Sequence record: MK047718.1
DNA: 64,000 nt
Strand: one strand, 5' to 3'
Source: Escherichia phage p000y
A program made the position numbers and the translations under genes. This document shows, piece after piece, positions 52,331-62,793 of the stretch (positions are counted from its first letter, which is position 1; each line of letters begins with the position of its first letter). Under the pieces are notes generated by a model, which was not told the DNA's origin, ran no database searches, and worked only from the letters and a program-made list of their open reading frames with translations.

Positions 52331-53187
52331 AACAATACCAATACCTGATTAATGATATCCTAGAAAATGGCTACGAAACAGACGACCGTACAGGCACAGG
52401 AACAATTGCCCTGTTCGGAACTAAATTACGTTGGGACCTGACTAAAGGATTCCCTGCAGTAACAACTAAGAAATTAGCATGGAAAGCTTGTATTGCCGAG
52501 TTACTGTGGTTCATGTCTGGTTCTACCAATGTTAATGATTTACGTATTCGTACTCACGGTAGTCTTATTCAAGGTAAAACTATTTGGGACGACAACTATG
52601 AAAATCAGGCAAAAGACCTTGGATATCATAGCGGCGAACTTGGTCCTATTTATGGTAAGCAATGGCGTGATTTTGGCGGTGTAGACCAATTGGTCAAAAC
52701 TATCGACCGCATTAAAGCTCTTCCTAATGATCGTCGTCAAATTGTTTCTGCCTGGAATCCGGCTGAAATAAATCAAATGGCACTTCCTCCTTGCCATATG
52801 TTCTATCAGTTCAATGTGCGTAATGGTCATCTTGATTTACAATGGTACCAGAGAAGTGTTGATGTTTTCTTGGGCTTGCCGTTCAACATTGCCTCGTACG
52901 CTGCCTTGACTCATATTGTAGCTAAGATGTGTAATCTTATCCCGGGTGATTTAGTGTTCTCAGGCGGCAACACGCATATCTACAGCAATCATGTCGAGCA
53001 ATGCAAAGAAGTTCTTCGTCGTGAACCTAAAGAGTTATGTTCTCTTGAAATTAATTGGCCTAGTAATTTTGAGAATTGGCCTACAAAAATCCAAATGGAC
53101 TGGGTTACTGGAACGATGACACATTCTGATTTCGTTCTTAAAAATTACGAATCTCATCCAGCTATCAAAGCTAAAATGGCGGTATAA
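52327..53187 (+). CDS. td: thymidylate synthase (uninterrupted)
   Basis: DRTGTGT, LPPCH catalytic Cys, QRSVDVFLGLPFNIASYAAL. A single 286-aa ORF with no intron. Confidence 0.97.
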   Translation: MKQYQYLINDILENGYETDDRTGTGTIALFGTKLRWDLTKGFPAVTTKKLAWKACIAELLWFMSGSTNVNDLRIRTHGSLIQGKTIWDDNYENQAKDLGYHSGELGPIYGKQWRDFGGVDQLVKTIDRIKALPNDRRQIVSAWNPAEINQMALPPCHMFYQFNVRNGHLDLQWYQRSVDVFLGLPFNIASYAALTHIVAKMCNLIPGDLVFSGGNTHIYSNHVEQCKEVLRREPKELCSLEINWPSNFENWPTKIQMDWVTGTMTHSDFVLKNYESHPAIKAKMAV

Positions 53188-53188
53188 A

Positions 53189-53443
53189 ATGATTTTACGT
53201 TTTATTAATTCATATGGCACCACAATTTTTGAAATGAAAAATCCAAGTGAACTGGATATCCCTTCACCAAATAGTGAAATCACAGTTAAAGGTGAACGAT
53301 TCATTTGTTATTCACATGAACGAATTTATGAATATCGTGAATTCTGTGGTGGATTCGGTATAGAAAAAGAACCGTTGGTTTATTTTAATATCACGGTCTT
53401 GACTCCTAAAGAATACGAAGAAATTATTGCAGAGGACATGTAA
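53189..53443 (+). CDS. hypothetical protein (84 aa)
   Basis: ATG 2 nt after the td stop. Confidence 0.55.
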   Translation: MILRFINSYGTTIFEMKNPSELDIPSPNSEITVKGERFICYSHERIYEYREFCGGFGIEKEPLVYFNITVLTPKEYEEIIAEDM

Positions 53444-53748
53444 TGAAAATGTGCCGCGTTGTGAATAAATATAAATCCGATTTTGATGTTAATATTCATC
53501 GTGGCACATTCTGGGGAAATTATGTAGGCAAGGATGCCTCTTCCCGAGAAGAAGCTATTGAGCTTTTCAAAAAGGATTTTATTAAGAGAATTAAGTGTGG
53601 AGAAATCACAAAAGCTCATCTAGAACCTTTACGTGGTATGCGTCTGGGATGCACATGTAAACCAAAAGCCTGTCATGGTGATATAATATCTCTAGTGGTT
53701 AATAAACTTTTTAAAGACGAATTTAATATAGAGGACATATGCAAGTAA
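53443..53748 (+). CDS. DUF4326-like small protein
   Basis: 101 aa. ...GNYVGKDASSREEAIELFKKDF...LRGMRLGCTCKPKACHGDII matches the C-terminal L.C.C.P..CHGD pattern of that family as recalled. Confidence 0.5.
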   Translation: MKMCRVVNKYKSDFDVNIHRGTFWGNYVGKDASSREEAIELFKKDFIKRIKCGEITKAHLEPLRGMRLGCTCKPKACHGDIISLVVNKLFKDEFNIEDICK

Positions 53749-55994
53749 CTAAGAGCAGTGGCGTATCCCAAAATTTTGATGCACAGAAAATTATCCAAGT
53801 TCTGACCTGGCAATGTGAAGGAACACAAATTGACCCATATGAATTGTACGAAGAAATTAAGACCCATCTTGTCGACGGGATGAGCACCAAAGATATTCAG
53901 AAGATTTGTATTAAAGTTGCAGCTAACTCGATTTCTGTCGAAGAACCTGATTATCAGTATGTCGCCGCCAAAGGGCTAATGTTTGCACTTCGTAAAGATG
54001 TGTATGGCCAGTTTGAACCGCCTGCTTTTATCGACCATATTTCTTATTGTGTTAATGAAGGCAAATATGACCCTGAGCTGTTGTCTCAATATTCAGCAGA
54101 AGAAATCATTTATCTCGATTCACAGATTAAACATGAACGAGACTTTGACCTGACTTATGCTGGTGCTATGCAACTTAAAGAAAAATATCTAGTTAAAGAT
54201 AAAACAACTGGGAAGATTTATGAAACTCCCCAGTTTGCTATCATGGCTATTGGCATGGCCTTACACCAAGACGAAACTCATGACCGTTTGAAACATATTA
54301 TTCGTTTTTATGATGCCGTTTCTACTCATCAAGTTTCATTGCCAACCCCAATTATGGCAGGTGCTCGTACTCCGACTCGCCAGTTTTCTAGTTGTGTAGT
54401 TATTGAAGCCGGTGATTCCTTAAAATCTATTAACAAAACTTCAGCATCAATTATTGAATATATTTCTAAACGAGCTGGTATTGGTATCAACGTTGGTATG
54501 CTTCGTGCAGAAGGTTCTAAGATCGGTATGGGTGAAGTTCGACATACGGGTGTTATTCCGTTCTGGAAACATTTCCAAACTGCAGTAAAATCTTGTTCTC
54601 AAGGCGGTATTCGTGGTGGTGCTGCTACAGCATATTATCCGATGTGGCACTTAGAAGTAGAGAACCTATTAGTTCTGAAAAATAACAAAGGCGTGGATGA
54701 AAACCGTATTCGACATATGGACTACGGAATTCAGATTAATGACCTTATGATGGAACGCCTTGGTAAAAATGATTATATTACTTTATTTAGCCCTCACGAA
54801 ATGTCAGGCGAACTATACTACTCGTTCTTTGAAGATCAAGATAAATTCCGTGAGCTTTATGAGAAAGCTGAAAAAGACCCAACAATCAGAAAGAAAAGAA
54901 TCAAAGCACTAGAACTCTTTGAATTGTTCATGACTGAACGTTCTGGCACCGCTCGAATTTATCCGCAATTCGTTGATAACACGAACAACTACACTCCATT
55001 TATTCGTGAAAAAGCTCCAATTCGTCAGAGTAACTTATGTTGTGAAATCGCTATTCCAACTAATGATGTGAATGGTCCTGATGCTGAAATTGGTTTATGC
55101 ACATTATCTGCTTTTGTATTAGATAAATTTGATTGGCAAGACCAAGATAAAATTAATGAACTTGCTGAAGTACAAGTACGTGCACTTGATAACCTGTTAG
55201 ACTATCAAGATTATCCGGTTCCAGAAGCTTTAAAAGCTAAAAAGCGTCGAAACCTCGGTGTTGGTGTGACGAACTATGCCGCATGGTTAGCTTCTAACTT
55301 TGCTTCATATGAAGACGCTAACGATTTGACTCATGAATTGTTTGAGAGATTGCAATATGGCCTTATCAAAGCATCAATCAAACTCGCCAAAGAAAAAGGA
55401 TGTTGCGAGTATTATTCAGACACTAAATGGTCTAGAGGCGAATTACCTATCGACTGGTACAATAAAAAGATTGACCAAATCGCAGCCCCGAACTACGTCT
55501 GTGACTGGGAAGAACTTCGAGCTGAACTCAAAGAACATGGAATTCGTAACTCAACGTTGTCTGCACTCATGCCTTGTGAGTCAAGCAGTCAAGTATCAAA
55601 CTCTACAAACGGGATTGAGCCACCACGTGGTCCAGTAAGTATTAAAGAATCTAAAGAAGGCAACTTCCGACAGGTTGTTCCTAATATCGAACATAACATG
55701 AGTCTTTACGACTACGCGTGGAAACTTGCTAAGAAAGGTAATAAACCTTATTTGACCCAAGTTGCTATCATGTTGAAATGGGTGTGCCAATCTGCTTCTG
55801 CTAATACTTACTATGACCCTGCAGTATTTGAGAAAGGTAAAGTGCCAATGTCAGTAATGCTTGACGATCTGCTTTACTTCTGGTACTTTGGCGGAAAAAA
55901 CCTCTACTATCATAACACTCGTGATGGGTCCGGTACAGACGACTATGAATTAGAAACACCTAAAGCAGAAGATTGTTCTGCTTGTAAGCTTTAA
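53739..55994 (+). CDS. nrdA: aerobic ribonucleotide reductase large subunit
   Basis: Colinear with T4 NrdA (ATP-cone N-terminus, SNLCCEI active site, C-terminal CSACKL). 751 aa. Confidence 0.98.
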   Translation: MQVTKSSGVSQNFDAQKIIQVLTWQCEGTQIDPYELYEEIKTHLVDGMSTKDIQKICIKVAANSISVEEPDYQYVAAKGLMFALRKDVYGQFEPPAFIDHISYCVNEGKYDPELLSQYSAEEIIYLDSQIKHERDFDLTYAGAMQLKEKYLVKDKTTGKIYETPQFAIMAIGMALHQDETHDRLKHIIRFYDAVSTHQVSLPTPIMAGARTPTRQFSSCVVIEAGDSLKSINKTSASIIEYISKRAGIGINVGMLRAEGSKIGMGEVRHTGVIPFWKHFQTAVKSCSQGGIRGGAATAYYPMWHLEVENLLVLKNNKGVDENRIRHMDYGIQINDLMMERLGKNDYITLFSPHEMSGELYYSFFEDQDKFRELYEKAEKDPTIRKKRIKALELFELFMTERSGTARIYPQFVDNTNNYTPFIREKAPIRQSNLCCEIAIPTNDVNGPDAEIGLCTLSAFVLDKFDWQDQDKINELAEVQVRALDNLLDYQDYPVPEALKAKKRRNLGVGVTNYAAWLASNFASYEDANDLTHELFERLQYGLIKASIKLAKEKGCCEYYSDTKWSRGELPIDWYNKKIDQIAAPNYVCDWEELRAELKEHGIRNSTLSALMPCESSSQVSNSTNGIEPPRGPVSIKESKEGNFRQVVPNIEHNMSLYDYAWKLAKKGNKPYLTQVAIMLKWVCQSASANTYYDPAVFEKGKVPMSVMLDDLLYFWYFGGKNLYYHNTRDGSGTDDYELETPKAEDCSACKL

Positions 55995-56048
55995 GACTTT
56001 TTATTATAATTTACTCATGGATGAGTTAATAACTAAGTGAGAAATATA

Positions 56049-57227
56049 ATGAGTACAGTTTTTAACACACAACAAGTCGATGTTTTGAATGAACCGATGT
56101 TCTTTGGTTCTGGTCTTGGCCTCGCACGGTATGATATTCAGCGTCATAAAGTTTTTGAAGAGCTTATCGAAAAGCAGCTCTCGTTCTTTTGGCGTCCCGA
56201 GGAAGTAAACTTGATGTTGGATTCGGCCCAGTTTAATAAGCTTCCACAGTTCCAACAGGACATCTTTACCAACAACCTTAAGTATCAATCATTATTAGAT
56301 TCTATCCAAGGTAGAGCACCATCTGCGGTACTTATGTCATTGCTTTCAGACCCTTCATTAGATACATGGGTTGCTACATGGACTTTCAGTGAAACTATTC
56401 ACTCTCGTTCATATACTCATATTATGCGAAATCTTTATACAGATCCATCGAAGGTGTTTGATGAGATTGTATTAGATGAAGCTATTATGAAGCGTGCCGA
56501 ATCTATCGGACGATATTATGATGATGTTCTGGTTAAAGCTCGTTATTGGGAAAACGCTAAAGCTGATATCGAATACCAAAAAGAAATTAATGCAGACGAA
56601 GACGTTATTGAAGATGCTATTGAGCATGAGACATATTGGAAGCGTGAGCTAATGAAATCTCTTTACCTCTGTTTGCACGTTATTAATGCCTTAGAAGCTA
56701 TTCGTTTTTATGTATCTTTCGCATGCACCTTTAACTTCCACAAGAATATGGAAATCATGGAAGGTAATGCCAAGATTATGAAGTTCATTGCTCGTGATGA
56801 ACAGCTCCACCTCAAGGGCACTCAATATATTATTCGCGCTTTACAAGATGGCGAAGACGGTGATGAATGGGTCAAAATTGCTCAAGAGTGTGAACAAGAA
56901 GCAGTTGATATTTTCATGGAAGTTAACGCTCAAGAAAAAGAATGGGCTGAACACTTGTTTAAAGATGGTGCTCTTCCAGGTCTAAATGTTAAAATCCTAA
57001 GTGAATTTGTGGATTATCTTACCGTGTCTCGTATGCGTAGTTGTGGTCTGCCATGTCCTCTTAAAGACGTATCAACTCGTCATCCTATTCCATGGATTCG
57101 TGAGTATTTGAACTCTGATTTGGTTCAAGCAGCCCCACAAGAAGTTGAAATCAGTTCTTATCTTGTCGCACAAATTGATAATGATGTAGACCAAAATGTA
57201 ATCAATTCATACAAAAAATATTTCTAA
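56049..57227 (+). CDS. nrdB: aerobic ribonucleotide reductase small subunit (uninterrupted)
   Basis: MSTVFNT...EPMFFG..., di-iron ligands EAIRFYVSF / ARDEQLH. ATG 56049 (the tracked GTG 56037 is less likely). No intron. Confidence 0.97.
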   Translation: MSTVFNTQQVDVLNEPMFFGSGLGLARYDIQRHKVFEELIEKQLSFFWRPEEVNLMLDSAQFNKLPQFQQDIFTNNLKYQSLLDSIQGRAPSAVLMSLLSDPSLDTWVATWTFSETIHSRSYTHIMRNLYTDPSKVFDEIVLDEAIMKRAESIGRYYDDVLVKARYWENAKADIEYQKEINADEDVIEDAIEHETYWKRELMKSLYLCLHVINALEAIRFYVSFACTFNFHKNMEIMEGNAKIMKFIARDEQLHLKGTQYIIRALQDGEDGDEWVKIAQECEQEAVDIFMEVNAQEKEWAEHLFKDGALPGLNVKILSEFVDYLTVSRMRSCGLPCPLKDVSTRHPIPWIREYLNSDLVQAAPQEVEISSYLVAQIDNDVDQNVINSYKKYF

Positions 57228-57231
57228 GGAC

Positions 57232-57250
57232 GGGACTTCGGTCCCACTTT
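57232..57250 (+). terminator. hairpin with UUCG tetraloop between nrdB and denA
   Basis: GGGAC-TTCG-GTCCC then ACTTTATT. The U-tract is weak, so this may be a stability or processing element rather than a terminator. Confidence 0.45.
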
Positions 57251-57253
57251 ATT

Positions 57254-57664
57254 ATGAAAGATATCGCCGCCGAATATTCCTTTATTAAATATACAGAATT
57301 GGAGCTATTAGAAGATGCAACAATTAAAACAGTTGATGTCCCTAATAAGAAAAATGTCATATATGCTATTGCTATAGATGACGAACTTGTGTATATTGGT
57401 AAAACCAAGAATTTAAAGAAACGCATTAACTATTATCGAACAGCCATAAATCGAAAAGACCAGACTTCAGATTCAAGAAAATCACTTATGATTTTGGATG
57501 CCTTAATGCAAGGCAAAAAGGTTGAATTCTGGGCCCGCCAATGTTTTGACCTTTCAGTCACCAACGAACTTGGTTCAATGACCATCGCAACAATGGACCT
57601 TGAAGAACCACTTTTTATCAAAAAGTTCAACCCGCCTTGGAATATCCAACATAAGAAAAAGTAG
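57254..57664 (+). CDS. denA: endonuclease II (GIY-YIG, dC-DNA nicking)
   Basis: 136 aa. YSFIKYTELEL...NVIYAIAI.DELVYIGKTKNL.KRINYYRTAINRKD...FNPPWNIQHKKK matches T4 DenA. Confidence 0.93.
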   Translation: MKDIAAEYSFIKYTELELLEDATIKTVDVPNKKNVIYAIAIDDELVYIGKTKNLKKRINYYRTAINRKDQTSDSRKSLMILDALMQGKKVEFWARQCFDLSVTNELGSMTIATMDLEEPLFIKKFNPPWNIQHKKK

Positions 57665-57693
57665 TTTACATACCACAAGGATTGTGGTACAAT
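57665..57693 (+). promoter_or_regulatory. early promoter with spacer hairpin (rnlA)
   Basis: TTTACA 57665-57670, 17 nt, TACAAT 57688-57693. Spacer CCACAA-GGA-TTGTGG. Confidence 0.65.
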
Positions 57694-57710
57694 TTAAAAA
57701 AACTAACTGA

Positions 57711-58844
<1,134 letters not shown>

Positions 58845-58847
58845 CGG

Positions 58848-58876
58848 TTTACAAACACCAAGGATGGTGATACTAT
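58848..58876 (+). promoter_or_regulatory. early promoter with spacer hairpin (alc)
   Basis: TTTACA 58848-58853, 17 nt, TACTAT 58871-58876. Spacer CACCA-AGGA-TGGTG. Confidence 0.65.
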
Positions 58877-58905
58877 GGGTTTATCAACAACACGAGGAGA
58901 AAATT

Positions 58906-59406
58906 ATGAATATGCAATTGATTACTAACGATATGGTCGTAAACGCTTTTGGAGACACAACTGACGGAATCCGGGTCTTTAAGAAAGGACGTCCAGTTGG
59001 TTATCTTACTGACCTACGGGTTACACTGGCCAAAAATCTTAAAAAGAAAGTAAAACAAAAAGAGTATTCAACCCGATACGCTGAAGAGAAACGCGAAGCG
59101 ATGCCAGAAGCAGTTAATGCTATGGTAGAATTTCTTCAAAACAATTTGACTAAATATGACGCTAATGTGTTCATTAATATTAGTCAACCAAACGTACATA
59201 TCGCAGGTATAAAATTCTACATTATTTGCGACCCTCTTACCGACAAATTCAACCGTCTCGGAATTTCAAGTCCATATCATACAGCAGAAGAGTTGTGTGT
59301 ATTGTTTGAATCGTACAAAATCCAGTGTGATGGTTTGAAAACCGTTCTTATCAATGGATTATCCCGAGATGAAATCATTGAGATTATTAAAACATGCTTA
59401 AAGTAA
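58906..59406 (+). CDS. alc: Alc (inhibitor of transcription from dC-containing DNA), by position and size
   Basis: 166 aa from ATG 58906 (GAGGAG SD), directly after rnlA as T4 alc (about 167 aa). I cannot confirm sequence identity from memory. Confidence 0.6.
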   Translation: MNMQLITNDMVVNAFGDTTDGIRVFKKGRPVGYLTDLRVTLAKNLKKKVKQKEYSTRYAEEKREAMPEAVNAMVEFLQNNLTKYDANVFINISQPNVHIAGIKFYIICDPLTDKFNRLGISSPYHTAEELCVLFESYKIQCDGLKTVLINGLSRDEIIEIIKTCLK

Positions 59407-59750
59407 ATCCTATTTACGCTATAGTAGCAGCTTTTGCTCTAGTTTCTACGGTAACAATAGTTGTCTTAAACAACAAAGTTGATTCGTTGAATACTGAATT
59501 AGCTTCTGTCAAAGAGACTGCTAAAAACAATGCTAAAGTATTAGATGACTTCAAGGTTCAATATCAGTCAATCGAAGAAATGACTTATAAGAACCGTGTT
59601 TTAGTTGACCAACTTAAGGCCGAAAATGAAAAGCTCCGTAAGGATTCGAAGAAGAAGAACGTGGTGGCAAGTAAGCCAGGATTGGTCGAAAAACAAATCA
59701 ACAGGTCCTTCGATTCCTTTGCAGAAGACCTCAGGAAGCTCTCAGAATGA
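59394..59750 (+). CDS. membrane-anchored coiled-coil protein (118 aa), pseT.3 position
   Basis: N-terminal TM IYAIVAAFALVSTVTIVVL followed by a coiled-coil segment. Confidence 0.55.
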   Translation: MLKVNPIYAIVAAFALVSTVTIVVLNNKVDSLNTELASVKETAKNNAKVLDDFKVQYQSIEEMTYKNRVLVDQLKAENEKLRKDSKKKNVVASKPGLVEKQINRSFDSFAEDLRKLSE

Positions 59751-60037
59751 TTAAATTAACTGTGGCTGTATTATCTATTGGTCTCCTAGTTGGATGTACT
59801 CAGGATGTGCCAGTAAGCCCTAAAGAAACTTTACATCCTTCATGGCCTACGCCTATTTCCGAATACAACCAGAAATGGCAAGTAAAGGTTATTGATGGTA
59901 ATCCGTGGGTTGGAATGCCATTTGAAGACTCTCAAGAATTTCGTATCTGGTTAAACGACGTAAAAAGATATATACATGACCAGAAGACTATGTTATGTTA
60001 TTATCGTAGTGGTTTAAAAGAGGAAAAATGCCAATGA
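59747..60037 (+). CDS. lipoprotein (96 aa)
   Basis: MIKLTVAVLSIGLLVGC with lipobox LVGC. ATGA-coupled. Confidence 0.65.
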   Translation: MIKLTVAVLSIGLLVGCTQDVPVSPKETLHPSWPTPISEYNQKWQVKVIDGNPWVGMPFEDSQEFRIWLNDVKRYIHDQKTMLCYYRSGLKEEKCQ

Positions 60038-60252
60038 CTAAAGAACAGCATGAATACATTAAAGGGCTTATCTATGAATCTGAAATGGCGGCTATGATTT
60101 ATGGACGCCAGATTCAACGATTAGAATCTTTGCCTCCGACTAATGACCGCTTGTTAGTTCAGTCTCGTGCTAATCTGAAAAATGAATATCAGAATAAGTG
60201 GGCAGTAGCGACTAAAGCTCTTCATGAGTATATTGAATCTTTAGTAAAATAG
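60028..60252 (+). CDS. hypothetical protein (74 aa)
   Basis: Overlaps the upstream ORF end by 10 nt. Confidence 0.5.
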   Translation: MPMTKEQHEYIKGLIYESEMAAMIYGRQIQRLESLPPTNDRLLVQSRANLKNEYQNKWAVATKALHEYIESLVK

Positions 60253-60287
60253 TTTACAAACTCTCAGGAGCAGAGTATAATGCTCCT
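60253..60287 (+). promoter_or_regulatory. early promoter with 7-bp inverted repeat around the -10
   Basis: TTTACA 60253-60258, 17 nt, TATAAT 60276-60281. IR AGGAGCA (60266-60272) / TGCTCCT (60281-60287). Near-copy of the 31963-31998 cassette. Confidence 0.7.
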
Positions 60288-60309
60288 ATGGATAATTGAG
60301 GAAATCTAA

Positions 60310-60608
60310 ATGAAAACATTACTAGAGAATTACATCAAACGGTCTGATGAGTATATTGATATCTGTCGTGGAATGTCACTTGGCAATTATGACAAAGATG
60401 CAGCAAAGGCACTAGATGAAGCAGGTAAAGCTCTTCGTAAAGCTGCTAAAGAAAAAGGGTTGGATTTGCAACAACTCAAAAGTCATATGATTAAATTTAT
60501 TTCTTCAAACGTTAGAAGTACGTCAATTAATAAAAACGTTGCTGAAATTAATAAAGACCGGCGCGAGCATAACATTCGTATTCTTGAAATTTTCTTAGGA
60601 ATAAAATA

Positions 60609-60609
<1 letters not shown>
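60310..60609 (+). CDS. hypothetical protein (99 aa)
   Basis: Early promoter/stem-loop at 60253-60287 and GAGGAA SD. Confidence 0.6.
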
Positions 60610-61696
<1,087 letters not shown>

Positions 61697-61888
61697 ATGA
61701 AACGATTATATGAAGTGATTGAGGCCATCGAACATCATAAAGAATATTTGTTTGTAGCCTGGCCTTTAGTAAATGGACAGTTCGGTATTGATGTGCTGGA
61801 CTATGAGCATGAAGAACGTTTGGACGGCGGTATATTTGATAACGTCGACCAGGCAATTGAATGGTTAAATGAAAACTATGTACGATAA
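61697..61888 (+). CDS. hypothetical protein (63 aa)
   Basis: ATG directly after the pseT stop. Confidence 0.5.
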   Translation: MKRLYEVIEAIEHHKEYLFVAWPLVNGQFGIDVLDYEHEERLDGGIFDNVDQAIEWLNENYVR

Positions 61889-62093
61889 ACATCATGAAAT
61901 AGAAGATGAAGCATACAAAATGCTTCGTAAACTAGTGGGACTTAATATGAGTCCTACATTAATCAACAAACTCGCAGGAATTCGTAATGATCTGAATACT
62001 CGTTACAAAGGTGAATATCATGTAGAGTTTGTTCCTGTAGGTGAACCAACCGAGCGATTTGTTGTTCGAGTTAAAGTAAATACTGTGCACTGA
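61869..62093 (+). CDS. hypothetical protein (74 aa)
   Basis: Overlaps the upstream ORF by 20 nt. Confidence 0.5.
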   Translation: MKTMYDKHHEIEDEAYKMLRKLVGLNMSPTLINKLAGIRNDLNTRYKGEYHVEFVPVGEPTERFVVRVKVNTVH

Positions 62094-62100
62094 GGTAATT

Positions 62101-62376
62101 ATGTTCCCAACTTATTCTGAAATTGTAAAGGTAGTCTTCAGTCAGATTATTGCTAATAATATGTTTGAAGTGCTTGATAATGCAGCCGAACTCAGAGTTC
62201 ATGCTCAAGTAACTCATGTACTCAATGCTTTGCTCCCAGACCAAGTAGATTCTATTGCTATTACTCTTCTCCCTGGATCTGCACACGTCATCGTGGTATT
62301 TGATCTTGACGGCGATTTAGTTATCCAATGTGATATCAATTTCGGTACACAAAAAATTGAATGCAAAGCAATTTGA
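62101..62376 (+). CDS. hypothetical protein (91 aa)
   Basis: GAGG SD upstream. Confidence 0.55.
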   Translation: MFPTYSEIVKVVFSQIIANNMFEVLDNAAELRVHAQVTHVLNALLPDQVDSIAITLLPGSAHVIVVFDLDGDLVIQCDINFGTQKIECKAI

Positions 62377-62379
62377 TGG

Positions 62380-62408
62380 TTTACAACATGGTGGAGTTGT
62401 GATACTAT
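62380..62408 (+). promoter_or_regulatory. early promoter
   Basis: TTTACA 62380-62385, 17 nt, TACTAT 62403-62408. Confidence 0.6.
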
Positions 62409-62436
62409 AACTCTACCAACAAATGAGGAAATAGAA

Positions 62437-62673
62437 ATGCTAAGTGAAAACCCAATTACAGTACACGAATTTCAGATTAAAGTAAAAGAATTTGCTCAAG
62501 CACTCATCAATAAAGTGTCTGAACGTTTCCAAGATGCAACATTACGAGTTATTCAAGAATCTCCACGTTCTTTTCTCATAATCGTTAATCCTAAAGATGG
62601 TGACCAAATTACTAATCTTAAATTAGGCAGTGATGGTCTTGTTGAAGCAACTCGAGTATATGGAACACTATAA
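62437..62673 (+). CDS. hypothetical protein (78 aa)
   Basis: Early promoter at 62380-62408 and GAGGAA SD. Confidence 0.55.
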   Translation: MLSENPITVHEFQIKVKEFAQALINKVSERFQDATLRVIQESPRSFLIIVNPKDGDQITNLKLGSDGLVEATRVYGTL

Positions 62674-62793
62674 TGAGAGCTATCTCATTACTATCGAGAA
62701 TGGTCATAAATCTGAGCACTACCAACTTAGCCTGTCTAATCCGGTTAAAGGTATTGTTGAATCAGAATCTGTTTATATCTCCTAAGGATTGTT

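Noticed and set aside
57254-57664. GIY-YIG protein next to nrdB looked like a homing endonuclease or mobile element
   Set aside because: Its sequence and 136-aa length match T4 endonuclease II (DenA). There is no associated intron or DNA-binding extension.
62660-62785. 41-aa ORF (MEHYNESYLITIENGHKSEHYQLSLSNPVKGIVESESVYIS) filling the gap before the DAHP synthase gene
   Set aside because: The sequence looks protein-like, but it is short, overlaps the previous ORF, and a competing 56-aa frame from ATG 62673 exists. I cannot decide without comparative data.
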